Source of the DNA: a virus
Lineage: Duplodnaviria > Caudoviricetes
Virus record (IMG/VR): IMGVR_UViG_3300016484_000328
Coordinates: 1 to 41,554 of that record
DNA: 41,554 bases
Strand: one strand, 5' to 3'
Part shown: positions 16,480 through 26,334 of the stretch, in pieces
How the letters are laid out: each line of letters starts with the position of its first letter
Position numbering within the stretch: position 1 is the first letter of the stretch
The notes under the pieces: model-generated
What the model was told of the DNA's origin: nothing
The model's database searches: none
The model's input: only the letters and a program-made list of their open reading frames with translations
Program-made: the position numbers and the translations under genes

Positions 16480-18099
16480 TTAGTTAGCGGGAAGTGATGC
16501 CAAACCGCCGCCGAGCAAGAGCTTGGCGATCATGTCTTTCTTGGCTTCGAGAGCCTTTTGAGCGGCGTTCTTCGGCGCTTGGATCGCGGCGGCATTGCCA
16601 CCCGATGCGATAAGACGCTCAAGGGCTTTGACGTTCGATTGCGTCATGCCCTCGGAAATTTTCTTTGTCACCATGCCAGCAGCCGCGAGCGGTAATGTCG
16701 CGCCACTGGTCGCACCTGCGGCAAGCAATTGTATGGCCATCATCAAGCCGTTGCCCTGCGGAGATAGTTTCCCGGCAAGGCGCATGGCATTTTGCGCGGG
16801 AGAGCCAAGGACGGCCTTTTTTAGCGCGGCAATTTCATCCGCAGACATACCACGCGTGTTTTTTGGGTTGGTCAACATGGTCTTGAGTTGCTGGCGCGTT
16901 GCGTTTTCGATGTTCCCGCCTGAGCCTGAGGAGCCTGCATTCAACCCTGCCTTATCAAGAAGATCATTGACCTTCTCCAACTTGGCAGACCGCCCGTAAA
17001 GGTCGCGGGCTTCCTTGATTGCGGAAGCGGCGCTTGTCGCGTCCCCTGCAAGAACATCACCGGCTTGAGGGTTTTGAACAAGTTCATCAATGGCGTCCGT
17101 CACTTTTGCAGTGAGGGCGTTGTTTGACTTGTTCATCGGCTGGAAGGCGTTACCCGCAACTTTGCGCGCTGTGTCCAACCCTTTGAGGGTGACGTTATCG
17201 CTGCCAAGCCGGTCAAGTTCATTCAGCGCGATTTTTGCACCAGACTGCAATTCAGGATGATAGCCAAAGTCAGCGAATTGGCCTTTCAGGTCATTGGTGA
17301 CGCGCTGTATTGCTTGCGGGGTATAGATAACCCCTGCATCATCGGCGCGCTTGTATGCCGCCTGTGCGGCCTGTTTAAGCCCTTCTGCATCCATTGCAGC
17401 GGGGGCTTTGTTAAACATGCCAAGGGCTTTTGAACCAAGTGCAGAAATGGCCTGTCCAGCAGCAGGGGCAGCAACACCCAAACCGGCGGCAAGCCCCGCA
17501 TTCTGGCCAAAGTCATTTCCCTGCCCTACGTTCATGGCTTCATTGATTGCAAGACTGTCAACGCCGCTCGCAAGCATCTTAGCAAGCAGCTTTTTGCCAC
17601 CTTGCATACCAGCCGGAATAAAGCGCTCTGCGGTCACGCCAGCGCCTTGCAGTTTGCCAAGCCCCACAACCATGCCGCCGATTTCTGCCGCCGTGCCTGC
17701 CCCGCCTGCCCTGTTGCGGGCGCGTTGGTCGGAATCATTCATGGCCTGTAGTTCTTCGGAGTATGTCTTGTCGGTAAATGGGGCGCGAACCGCTGCCGCC
17801 CCTGCATTGACAAGCCCGCCCGTAAGCCCTGAAACGCCAAGCTGCGCAATGTCGGACGCTGCCACAAGCGGCTTTTGCCAACTGGGAAGTGCATCATAGG
17901 CCATGCGGTCGCCAGTTGTAGGGTCTGCCTTTTGCGTCAATGCCGACAGTTGTGCATTGGCATCCTGCATTTGTGGCGATTGGGCTTGCTGAGGTGCGCC
18001 TATGTGCTGTTGCAGCGCCTTTAGAGCGCCCTCAGCATTTTCACCTGTAACCTTATACTTCTTGCCATCCGGGCCGGTGATTTGGAAAGTTGCCATCAA
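16480..18099 (-). CDS. internal virion / DNA ejection protein
   Basis: Ala/Gly-rich 539 aa; MATFQITGPDGKKY start; position after other ejection proteins. Confidence 0.65.
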   Translation of the reverse strand: MMATFQITGPDGKKYKVTGENAEGALKALQQHIGAPQQAQSPQMQDANAQLSALTQKADPTTGDRMAYDALPSWQKPLVAASDIAQLGVSGLTGGLVNAGAAAVRAPFTDKTYSEELQAMNDSDQRARNRAGGAGTAAEIGGMVVGLGKLQGAGVTAERFIPAGMQGGKKLLAKMLASGVDSLAINEAMNVGQGNDFGQNAGLAAGLGVAAPAAGQAISALGSKALGMFNKAPAAMDAEGLKQAAQAAYKRADDAGVIYTPQAIQRVTNDLKGQFADFGYHPELQSGAKIALNELDRLGSDNVTLKGLDTARKVAGNAFQPMNKSNNALTAKVTDAIDELVQNPQAGDVLAGDATSAASAIKEARDLYGRSAKLEKVNDLLDKAGLNAGSSGSGGNIENATRQQLKTMLTNPKNTRGMSADEIAALKKAVLGSPAQNAMRLAGKLSPQGNGLMMAIQLLAAGATSGATLPLAAAGMVTKKISEGMTQSNVKALERLIASGGNAAAIQAPKNAAQKALEAKKDMIAKLLLGGGLASLPAN

Positions 18100-19943
18100 T
18101 CCACCTGCTCAATCTGGTAGCCATCGATAATGACGGGTTCCTTTTTCTTACGCGGGTTCGACCGTGGAGTAAGAATGATGTTGCTTGGATCAAGCCCATT
18201 GCGCTTCGCAGTTTCCGAATACTGGTCGGCCAAACTCTGGAATGTCTGGTCCTGTTCCGCGTAAAGCTGGTTTGAGCGATTGACAAAATCGGCGCGCTGT
18301 TCTGGCGTCAGTTTTTGCCCTTCCCAAACGCCCTTGAGCTTTTCAGGGTCAAGGCCGTAGCGGGTCAGCAAGGGAGCGGCGTTCGAGGCCGTGGCAAATT
18401 CGCTTTCTCGAACAACAGAACCCGGATCAAGCATTTTCATGTAGTTGAAAATCAGGGACAGATCGCCCGCAGGTGTCGGGTTTTCTGCGCTTGCCTGAAT
18501 GCGGTTGTAGCTATCACGGACGGACCTGAAATCCTTGGTTTGCGCGTCGAATTCCTTGCGCATATCCATTTCAAGATTTGTGTCCCGATACCCTGGAATG
18601 CGGGTCATGGACTTGCCGTCCGCGTTCATCTGATAGCCAGCAGGAGCATTCTGCTGTTTGGAAGGGCTGTCTCCAAGTTCCCGGACGGTTTCACCCGTTG
18701 CTTTGTTCACAAGAACGCGCTTGCCGTTCACATCCGTAATTTCAGTGGTCACGTCAGCAGGCGGCGCATAGGCTTCCTTGACCGTCCCGTCAGGCATGAT
18801 CTGGACAAGCCTGCCGCCAACATTCTCCATTTTTGGCTTTGGATTTTGCATCTGCTGCAATTCCATCTGCGCTTTCTGCATCTGCAACTGGTTCAACTGT
18901 TGCTCTTGCTGATAGGCAGGGTCTTGCTTTTGCATTTCCGATTGGATGCGCTGCAAGGCGAATTGCTTCGTTGTGTCATCAAGCCATGGGTTCTGAATGG
19001 CCTGCATGAGCGTCGGGAGGTCAATACCGCCAGTTTGCGGGGACTGTGGAGCGGCCTGAGCGGCCTGGACGGCCTGAGGGGCGGGTGACGGCTGTTGCGC
19101 TTGTGTGGGCGCGCCAGAGGCCATTGCATTGACGGCCTGCACTGCTGGCTTTGTCTGTGCCATGCCGATTGATGGATCGAGCGAGGCGACTTGAACGCCT
19201 GCATCATTTCCGGCAAGCATGTTGGCAATCTGCTGCGCTTTGGTAATGCGGCTTCCCATATGAGGGATACCGGGGCGCAAGAATTTTGAAGACACGATCT
19301 GCGCAGCCTGTGCCGGATCATTGACGCCCTGCAAAGCCTTGATGACCGCACCTTCTGGTGTGCTGGTCAATTCATGCTTGAGAAAGCCGTAGTTCGCCTC
19401 TGGCGATGCCGGATCAAGACCGTTCTGGCCAGCCCATGCCTCGAATTGACGGCGGCGTGGCCCGGTCCATTGCGCCCAACCGAACCCGCCGCGTGATCCC
19501 TTCACCAGTGGGTTGATCTCCTGCAAGGTTTTGAAATCGCCGCTTTCGTGCGCAAGGTTGCCAGCGAAGCCAGCCGCCGCGCCAGCCGAAAGGCCGAAGT
19601 CCTGTTGCAGTCGCTTTGCCACGTCAACGCCTGTGGCGCTGATAGGAGAAACGCTCGCCTGCTCCGGGGCCGAAGCGGCAGAAGCGGGCTTGCCGCCAAG
19701 CAGTGACGCCATGATGCTTGACCGAGCCTGTGAGCCGCTTTCCATCCCAGTCTTTTCGACTTTATCCAGCCGATTGTTCTGGATGCCGCCTGCAATGCCC
19801 GCAAGCATATCGCCAATGCCCGCGCCAATTGTCGTCGGGCGGCTATTGGCCAGCATGTCTTGAATCATGGCGCGCTTGCGCTTGATCTGATCCGGCGTTG
19901 CGCTTGCGTCGATCTGGAACAGGCCTTGAGAAAATGCAGCCAT
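18096..19943 (-). CDS. ejection protein with phage tail lysozyme domain
   Basis: AAGFAGNLAHES...GGFGWAQWTGPRR (Phage_lysozyme2-like). Confidence 0.75.
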   Translation of the reverse strand: MAAFSQGLFQIDASATPDQIKRKRAMIQDMLANSRPTTIGAGIGDMLAGIAGGIQNNRLDKVEKTGMESGSQARSSIMASLLGGKPASAASAPEQASVSPISATGVDVAKRLQQDFGLSAGAAAGFAGNLAHESGDFKTLQEINPLVKGSRGGFGWAQWTGPRRRQFEAWAGQNGLDPASPEANYGFLKHELTSTPEGAVIKALQGVNDPAQAAQIVSSKFLRPGIPHMGSRITKAQQIANMLAGNDAGVQVASLDPSIGMAQTKPAVQAVNAMASGAPTQAQQPSPAPQAVQAAQAAPQSPQTGGIDLPTLMQAIQNPWLDDTTKQFALQRIQSEMQKQDPAYQQEQQLNQLQMQKAQMELQQMQNPKPKMENVGGRLVQIMPDGTVKEAYAPPADVTTEITDVNGKRVLVNKATGETVRELGDSPSKQQNAPAGYQMNADGKSMTRIPGYRDTNLEMDMRKEFDAQTKDFRSVRDSYNRIQASAENPTPAGDLSLIFNYMKMLDPGSVVRESEFATASNAAPLLTRYGLDPEKLKGVWEGQKLTPEQRADFVNRSNQLYAEQDQTFQSLADQYSETAKRNGLDPSNIILTPRSNPRKKKEPVIIDGYQIEQVD

Positions 19944-19944
19944 G

Positions 19945-20931
19945 TTAAGCTCCCAAGCTAAGGGCTTTGGAATAGTTCACGCGCTTGAAGCCATCAGAGC
20001 CGGTCACAACAGCGTCCGGCACTTTCTTTTCGACTTCCTGAGCCATGAGGCCAAGCTGCATCGGCCCGCCGCTCTTGTAGCGGTATTCATAGACATTCTG
20101 GCCTTTGACCGTGCCAACATGCTTGATGTCTGTCTTGGCGCGCCGATCCGAAAGGCTGAAAATCTTGCCCAAACCCCCGAACAGCCCGCCAATGCTGCCG
20201 TTGATTTGAGCGGCACGGTTGGCCATCTGCTGGTCATAGTTGGCAATGATGCTGCCGTTGTCCGTAATCGGAATGTTCGTCCCCTGATACCCGCCCGTCA
20301 TGAAATTGGGCTGCGATACCTGCCCGCCATTCAACAGTGCTGAAATCTGGTTGATACGCTGGTTGTCTTCTGTCAGGAGTTCGTTTGAGGCCTGTCCCCT
20401 CGCCTGCAACAGCAATTGGTTTTTGCGGTCATTGACGCCACGGTCAAAGTTGCCCATTTCGGCGTTATAGGCAGCAGAGCCAGCCTTGATCCCTTGATTG
20501 GCCAAGCGCGACCGCAATGCCTCACTCGCAGCCGCATTGTCTTCATTCATGCGGGCCGAGCCAAGTTGATAGATACGCTTTTCAACGGCGTCATTGCCGA
20601 GAGCAAAATTGCCGGTAAGCTGCTTGCCAAGCGTTCCTGATAGGTTGTTGCCAAGCGCCGACAGGTTGAGGCTAGCCGCGTCCTGCTGGTCCTTGATGGC
20701 TTTTTGCGCATCCGAAAGCGTCGTGGTCGTGGTAAAGCGCGGGACAGTATAGGTCTGTTTGGTATATGGGTCCGTCCACGTAAACGAGCCGGTCTGGTCA
20801 ACCGTTTTCGTGCCGTCCGCCGTGATTTCATTCGGGTTGTTCAAAAACGCATTGGCAATCGACGTGGAGACATTCGTTCCCGTTGATGCCGCAGACGTTT
20901 CCTTGGCGGGTGTTGGCTTAGGCTTGCTCAT
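19945..20931 (-). CDS. pilot/ejection protein with C-terminal S74-like chaperone domain
   Basis: SDRRAKTDI...VYEYRYK...GLMAQEVEK..PDAV...VNY. Confidence 0.7.
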   Translation of the reverse strand: MSKPKPTPAKETSAASTGTNVSTSIANAFLNNPNEITADGTKTVDQTGSFTWTDPYTKQTYTVPRFTTTTTLSDAQKAIKDQQDAASLNLSALGNNLSGTLGKQLTGNFALGNDAVEKRIYQLGSARMNEDNAAASEALRSRLANQGIKAGSAAYNAEMGNFDRGVNDRKNQLLLQARGQASNELLTEDNQRINQISALLNGGQVSQPNFMTGGYQGTNIPITDNGSIIANYDQQMANRAAQINGSIGGLFGGLGKIFSLSDRRAKTDIKHVGTVKGQNVYEYRYKSGGPMQLGLMAQEVEKKVPDAVVTGSDGFKRVNYSKALSLGA

Positions 20932-21391
20932 CGGCTTTTACCTTATGAAAACCGTTGGCCTTCCAATCATCGTCGGAAAGCACATAGACAGATTCGATTT
21001 TATCCCTGCCCCGAAGGCGCGGAATGTCGTAACGCTTGAACCCGTAAGCTGGGAAAATCCCATGCAAGCTCATGTTTTCGGAGTCGCCTCGAGCTGCGAC
21101 AGCCTGACACCCAAGACGCAGGAACGGGTATTCAAACATTTCTTTCAGAACACGGCGGGTAAGCCATCGCTTGGAATCAGAGGCCGCCGAAATCTCGATA
21201 ACGCCGGTTTCATCATCCCAATTGTTGAAAATGACCGCCGCGATAACCACACCATCATTGCAAATGGCCATGGCGCGGCCTTCGCCAAACCCGCGAAATC
21301 GCCCCCATATTCTTTCCGAAACAAACCGCTCCAAGGCTTCGTAAAAGGCTGGCTCGTCATCATGGCCAGCCCACACAATGCTAAACGACAA
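20918..21391 (-). CDS. GNAT-like acetyltransferase in virion operon
   Basis: VIEISAAS...WLTRRVLKEMFEYPFLRLGCQAV; same position as P22 gp14-like genes. Confidence 0.7.
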   Translation of the reverse strand: MSFSIVWAGHDDEPAFYEALERFVSERIWGRFRGFGEGRAMAICNDGVVIAAVIFNNWDDETGVIEISAASDSKRWLTRRVLKEMFEYPFLRLGCQAVAARGDSENMSLHGIFPAYGFKRYDIPRLRGRDKIESVYVLSDDDWKANGFHKVKADEQA

Positions 21392-23288
21392 CGCCGCCGC
21401 TTTCGTATGTCAGGTCGATTGAAACCAATTCAGCGTCAGGGACAACCGTCCCGCCGCAAGTCACTTGGACCATGGGAGAGACTGCATATCCGGTCTTCCC
21501 AATGGATACCCATTTGGACTTGATGGATGTTGCGGCTTCAGTATCCCATAGCGCATCATCCCAAGTCCCAACATCCCAAACGCCAGCGCTGCCATTATCA
21601 GGAGCCGCGTCAGGTGCGGCTGGCCATGTCAGAACATACCCGGTCGAAAACGACACCTTGTCATTGAAGGGCTGACCGTAGGTCCACGTAGCGCGGGCTT
21701 GGTGCAATTGCTTGATGTTTGCCGCGCCGTTGAGCGTTTCAAACATTCCAGCCGAACGGCAGACGTATGAATGGCCATCATCATTGCCGCCAACCTCCGC
21801 CTGCATGACCTTGCCGTCAGCAGTTCCGAAATAGGCATAGCCATTGAAGAGGCCGACGCATTGCACGTCCCAATTGGAATACTTCGTCCATGATCCCGTT
21901 TCCAAATTGATGACGTAGCAATAAGGTTCTTGCGTCAGGATGTTGCCCTCACCGCCGCCCCAAATGAACGAACCCCAATATCCTTCGCCCCAATCGCTTT
22001 CGATTGGTGTAGTTGTATAGGCAGCCGGGGCCGAAATGATGGCCATGTTCTTCTCTGGCCATTTGACAATGCCCCAAGGACGCGCTGAGCGAGAAAACGC
22101 ATCGCGCTTCCATACCGGCTCGATCTTGCGCGATACCGCCGCCAATGACAGCGCAGCAGGGTCTTTGTTGATGGCCTCTGATAGCGGGATTAGCCCGTCA
22201 ACGCAGGCAATGAGCAAATCGCCGCCTGCCTGCATGGTCCCGTTTTTGCCCATGGGCTTTGAAATGTCATAACGGCCAACAAGTGACCAATCATTTGCAT
22301 CGCCGGGGTTTGACCCTTGATAGATCGCCGCTTCACCATTGGTCGAAATGAACACGCACTTGTCATCAAGGCCGTCACCAGCATCGAGAGACCATGTAGC
22401 GCCGAACAGCAATGAACCACCGCGCCGGAAAACACCGTCCAAAGTAAATTCACTAGCCGCGCCGCCGATGGAATCCACCGGCATGTATACAGCCGTTTTG
22501 GTCCCCGACTTGACGTAGAAAATCCGGTTTTTGAAGGACCACACATGCGAAAATGTAGATGTGACAGCGCCGGTTATCGCCGGGATTGTCTCAACGCCTG
22601 TCGGGATGTTTGAAGTTGCCGACCCAGTTGAGGAATCCGTGATGATTTCATTGTCAACGAAAGTCCCGACAACGGTCTTGACCCGAAGTGTCCCTGTCGT
22701 GCCATTGTCTGTAACCGAAACGATAACCGCAGTTGCTCCGGACGTCCCGCCTGTGATGTTCAGGCCAACCGTGTAATTGGCGGTTTGTGCATCAAAAGCA
22801 ATCTTGGTGGTTGCGTCGTCCAGAATGTCGAAGGCTGTTCCATTATAGGTCAGAGCCTTGTCAGTTCCGTTGACTGCAATCATGTAGTCGCCGCCCGCCG
22901 TGGCAAACTGCACGAACGAATAATCGTTACTCGTGCGGCCTGTTACCAGCGGGACAGGCGGGATATAGGCGTCTGTCGGGGCCGAAACGTCATAAAGAAA
23001 ACCATTGGCCGCAGCGAACAGCTTTTCAGCAGCGCCCGAACGATACGTCAGTAGGCTTTCCACAATGCCAGCGCCAATAGTGGCATGACGCAAAGAACCG
23101 CCTCTCAACCGCGCTCCATTGCGGGTAGGGAAAAAGTTCTCAAGAACCAGCGCCCCGCCCGGATTGGCCATGGCAAGGCTTTCATTCGCCACCCATCCAA
23201 GCACAGGAGCCGGGATGGTATGCGTCCGCATTTTCTGCTGTTGCTGCTGCGAAACAGGAGTGCGCTGGAGCCTTGCGGTTCGCATCAT
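21381..23288 (-). CDS. tail tubular protein B / DNA stabilization (P22 gp10-like)
   Basis: 635 aa, beta-propeller-like; PAPVLGW...LENFFP start; position after adaptor. Confidence 0.7.
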   Translation of the reverse strand: MMRTARLQRTPVSQQQQQKMRTHTIPAPVLGWVANESLAMANPGGALVLENFFPTRNGARLRGGSLRHATIGAGIVESLLTYRSGAAEKLFAAANGFLYDVSAPTDAYIPPVPLVTGRTSNDYSFVQFATAGGDYMIAVNGTDKALTYNGTAFDILDDATTKIAFDAQTANYTVGLNITGGTSGATAVIVSVTDNGTTGTLRVKTVVGTFVDNEIITDSSTGSATSNIPTGVETIPAITGAVTSTFSHVWSFKNRIFYVKSGTKTAVYMPVDSIGGAASEFTLDGVFRRGGSLLFGATWSLDAGDGLDDKCVFISTNGEAAIYQGSNPGDANDWSLVGRYDISKPMGKNGTMQAGGDLLIACVDGLIPLSEAINKDPAALSLAAVSRKIEPVWKRDAFSRSARPWGIVKWPEKNMAIISAPAAYTTTPIESDWGEGYWGSFIWGGGEGNILTQEPYCYVINLETGSWTKYSNWDVQCVGLFNGYAYFGTADGKVMQAEVGGNDDGHSYVCRSAGMFETLNGAANIKQLHQARATWTYGQPFNDKVSFSTGYVLTWPAAPDAAPDNGSAGVWDVGTWDDALWDTEAATSIKSKWVSIGKTGYAVSPMVQVTCGGTVVPDAELVSIDLTYESGGVVV

Positions 23289-23980
23289 GGGATAATTGCC
23301 ATCGGGTAAGCCGTTGTCACGTTGGAAGGCGTTTTGCGCCGCCCTACGGTCAGCATTTTCGATCCTTTGTCGCGCCCAATCAGCTTGGCCTTGCGCTCTT
23401 CAAAGTTGGCCATATCCTCAGCATATTGCTGGCCCTTGTTGGCCTTCCATTGCCAGATAATGCCAAGTTTCAGGAGCGTTTCATCAAGCCGGAACGTGTC
23501 AGTATCCGCCGTGAAACTCGTCTTGTTGTCGCCCGTCGCCGGGGCTACGCAGAGGGTTGACTGGTAAAAGAACTTTGCCGTCTCCCCGGTCGGGATAGCT
23601 GGCTTGATGTGGATTTCGTTACCAAAGATGATCCACGCATTGATGACAAAATCAAACGCCTGAACTTCAAGCCCTAGCCATTCGTTTACGTCAGAAATGC
23701 GCGAAAATGGCGTAATCAGCGTGGAAGACCAGACTTGCGCGCCTTCGGTCATATGCCCATAATCTGACGGGAGACTGAAAGCCTCAGATGCCCCGTCGCC
23801 GGAAATGGTGTGGACCCGGCTGAGTTCCTGCCAGTCATAAGCGGTTGCGATCCTTCCCGCCATTTCATTCGCAAGCGCTACCATTTCGACATGCTCGCGG
23901 TTTGTGGACGCCGCCACAACGCTTGGAACATCCATGCCGATAACGGTGGCTGCGGATTGGATAACGGAAAGGATCGTCAT
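23285..23980 (-). CDS. head-tail adaptor / tail tubular protein A
   Basis: MTILSVIQSAA...YDWQEL...FSLPSDY; position. Confidence 0.7.
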   Translation of the reverse strand: MTILSVIQSAATVIGMDVPSVVAASTNREHVEMVALANEMAGRIATAYDWQELSRVHTISGDGASEAFSLPSDYGHMTEGAQVWSSTLITPFSRISDVNEWLGLEVQAFDFVINAWIIFGNEIHIKPAIPTGETAKFFYQSTLCVAPATGDNKTSFTADTDTFRLDETLLKLGIIWQWKANKGQQYAEDMANFEERKAKLIGRDKGSKMLTVGRRKTPSNVTTAYPMAIIP

Positions 23981-23988
23981 TTACTGCC

Positions 23989-24721
23989 TCATGCCGCCGC
24001 TTTGGCGTTGTCTTCCGCAACGATTTCATCGGCCATGCCGACAAGCGTTGCATGGGACGGATTGCCACGCGGACGGGAGCCGCGACGGTCTTCAATGAAT
24101 GCCTTGATGTCGTCGTCCTGCCATTCGGCAAAGGGCGAATTGGACACCTGAGCCGGCTCTTTGAACGGAACTGGCTTTTTCTGCATCAGTTCGGCCATTT
24201 GACGCTGCATGGCTTCAATCTGCTCTTTCATGGCCGCGTTTTCACCAGCAAGCCGCGTCACATCAGCAGAGCCGGATGCCTTGGCAATGAAGGCAATCGC
24301 CTTGTCCTTGAGCGCCCTGCCCCCCATGCCAAGACGGGCAAGAGCAGCGCCGTCCAATTCTGCAAGAGCTTCAAGCGTATGAATGTTGAGCGCCGCAAGT
24401 TCCTTGCGGTTGGCTTCTGTCAGGAATGGCGCTTCCTTGATCGGTGTGCCGCCGCCAATATAGGCAAGCCCAGCCTTGAATGCCTCATAATGCTTCGGAA
24501 AGCGCTGCGCATAGGTCAGAGGCTTGTTTGTCATTTCATCGCGGACAGTGCCCGCCATATGTGCAGGGGCCACGAGAACATTCTTCTGATCGCCAGCAAA
24601 CCGGATACGGACAAATTCCTTGTCCTCGAAAATCGGGCGTCCTTCCTTGGCGCTGAGCGAAGGATTTTCAATCGCGTCCGTGAAGAACTCAACGAACAAA
24701 TGGGGTTTTTCATCAGCCATC
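23989..24721 (-). CDS. conserved morphogenesis-region protein
   Basis: Start MADEKPH with AAGGA RBS; SAKEGRPIFED motif; HhH-like and coiled-coil segments. Confidence 0.65.
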
Positions 24722-24753
24722 TTGGCGTTTTCCTTGTCTGAGAAGGTGCGGTT

Positions 24754-24783
24754 AAAGGGAAAGGGGCGAGTTTCCCCGCCCCT
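24754..24783 (-). terminator. intrinsic terminator after capsid/decoration genes
   Basis: GGGCGGG-GAAA-CTCGCCC hairpin followed by a T-rich tail. Confidence 0.6.
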
Positions 24784-24790
24784 CCATTCG

Positions 24791-25282
24791 TCAAGCTGCC
24801 GTCGCGTCGTCCATGTACGGACGCTGGATTTCAAATTCAGCCAGACCGGTTGAAGGCGTCCCAAGGGCGGATGCGCCAAGAGCCAGTTTCACGCGGTCAC
24901 CGGCAACAACAGCATCATCGACGCTGCCAGCCGTTGCAGTCGCGTAGACAAGGGCGTTGTCCACGTACCCCGCGAGGGCCTTGCCGATTGCCTTGCCGCT
25001 GATCTGATACCAACCATACTGGCTGGCAACATTTGCCGACATGGCAACCGCGACCGGACCGATGGCGTTTGCTGCCAGAAGCGTGGTCGAATTGTCGTCG
25101 GCATTGTAGGTGACCCATGTCCCAACGGCGGTAGACGACGCGCCCTTGAGATAGATGAATTCACCGAAGCCATAGGTCGGGTCTTTGGCCTTGACGATAA
25201 GCCCAAGTTCCGCCTTGGCAGTCGTGGACGTATCGGCGATAGCCTGCCCGATAAGGCTGTTTTCGCAGATGGTGTAAGCCAT
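24791..25282 (-). CDS. capsid decoration/cement protein
   Basis: Follows major capsid gene; GEFIYLKG...YGWYQISG; Ala-rich. Confidence 0.65.
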   Translation of the reverse strand: MAYTICENSLIGQAIADTSTTAKAELGLIVKAKDPTYGFGEFIYLKGASSTAVGTWVTYNADDNSTTLLAANAIGPVAVAMSANVASQYGWYQISGKAIGKALAGYVDNALVYATATAGSVDDAVVAGDRVKLALGASALGTPSTGLAEFEIQRPYMDDATAA

Positions 25283-25293
25283 TTCAGTTCTCC

Positions 25294-26295
25294 TTACGGT
25301 GCGCTGTCATAGAGCTTCGCGGTATGCAGCGGGTTGTTCAGCGTAAGGTTCCCGAAGAAGCCGATATGCTGCACCATTGCATCCTGATTGATCGGAGACT
25401 GCTTGCCGCCGAACTTCACGAAGTTGCGATCAGGGTGATAGCGGAAACGAAGCGCCGCCGTGTCGATGAAGTAGGACGTATTGGACGGCATTGCCGAGCC
25501 GATGCCACCCTCAAGAACCACGTCAACAGACTTGCCATTGCCGTAGTATTTCAGCGCAGTGAAGCCGACGCCTCCGAGGCCGGTTTCGTCATTGATGCGC
25601 TGAATTGCCGTGGTCGCTGCCGTGTAAGCAAGATAGTGTTCCTGCGAGCAGACAATGACATTCGGGCCTTTCGTGCCGCGCGAATGAGCGATCATGACCT
25701 GATCGAAGATCGGCTTGACCGAAGTCGAGTTCACCGCCGTATAGCCGGAGAAATACGAATTCGCATCATATGCGCCGGTCCGCCAAATGGCATTGGCTGA
25801 GCGATCAATGCCGCCGTAAGTGCCGGAACTTGGCGTGGTCGGGATTGCCATCTGCAAGCCGCCGATCTGGTTTGACGCAGTGCCGTCCGAATGGATGTCT
25901 TCAACAAAGCGGTCAACCAGTTCGGTTTCTGCCGCCATGATGTGTTCTTCCATGATATCCTTGAGCTGGTTTGAACCAGAGTTCTTGAGGATATCCTCAC
26001 CCGAAAGCGTGACCGACACAGCGGCGAGCTTCGGCGTGAATTCGGCGTCATTGAACAGTTCAGCCGGGGACGGGTTGAGGTAACCATATCCCGAATAGCG
26101 GGTGTAGGTTCCAGATTCGTTGTAGAGCAGGCGCTCACGAATCGTCGGGCCGGAAAATTCCTTGAACTGGCCCTTCTTTTTCATGAGATAGAGAATGGCG
26201 TTGGAGTTCGACACAAGGTCAGCATAACCTTTGGAGCGATCCTCAAGCGCCAGCGAAAACGCTTCTTGCAAGCGTTCGTTGGTGTTCAGTGCCAT
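25294..26295 (-). CDS. major capsid protein
   Basis: 333 aa after scaffold; strong AGGAGG RBS; GTYGGIDRS...WR motif. Confidence 0.85.
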   Translation of the reverse strand: MALNTNERLQEAFSLALEDRSKGYADLVSNSNAILYLMKKKGQFKEFSGPTIRERLLYNESGTYTRYSGYGYLNPSPAELFNDAEFTPKLAAVSVTLSGEDILKNSGSNQLKDIMEEHIMAAETELVDRFVEDIHSDGTASNQIGGLQMAIPTTPSSGTYGGIDRSANAIWRTGAYDANSYFSGYTAVNSTSVKPIFDQVMIAHSRGTKGPNVIVCSQEHYLAYTAATTAIQRINDETGLGGVGFTALKYYGNGKSVDVVLEGGIGSAMPSNTSYFIDTAALRFRYHPDRNFVKFGGKQSPINQDAMVQHIGFFGNLTLNNPLHTAKLYDSAP

Positions 26296-26334
26296 GATAT
26301 GGCCTCCTGATTAGGGTTGCTTGGAATACCCGCG

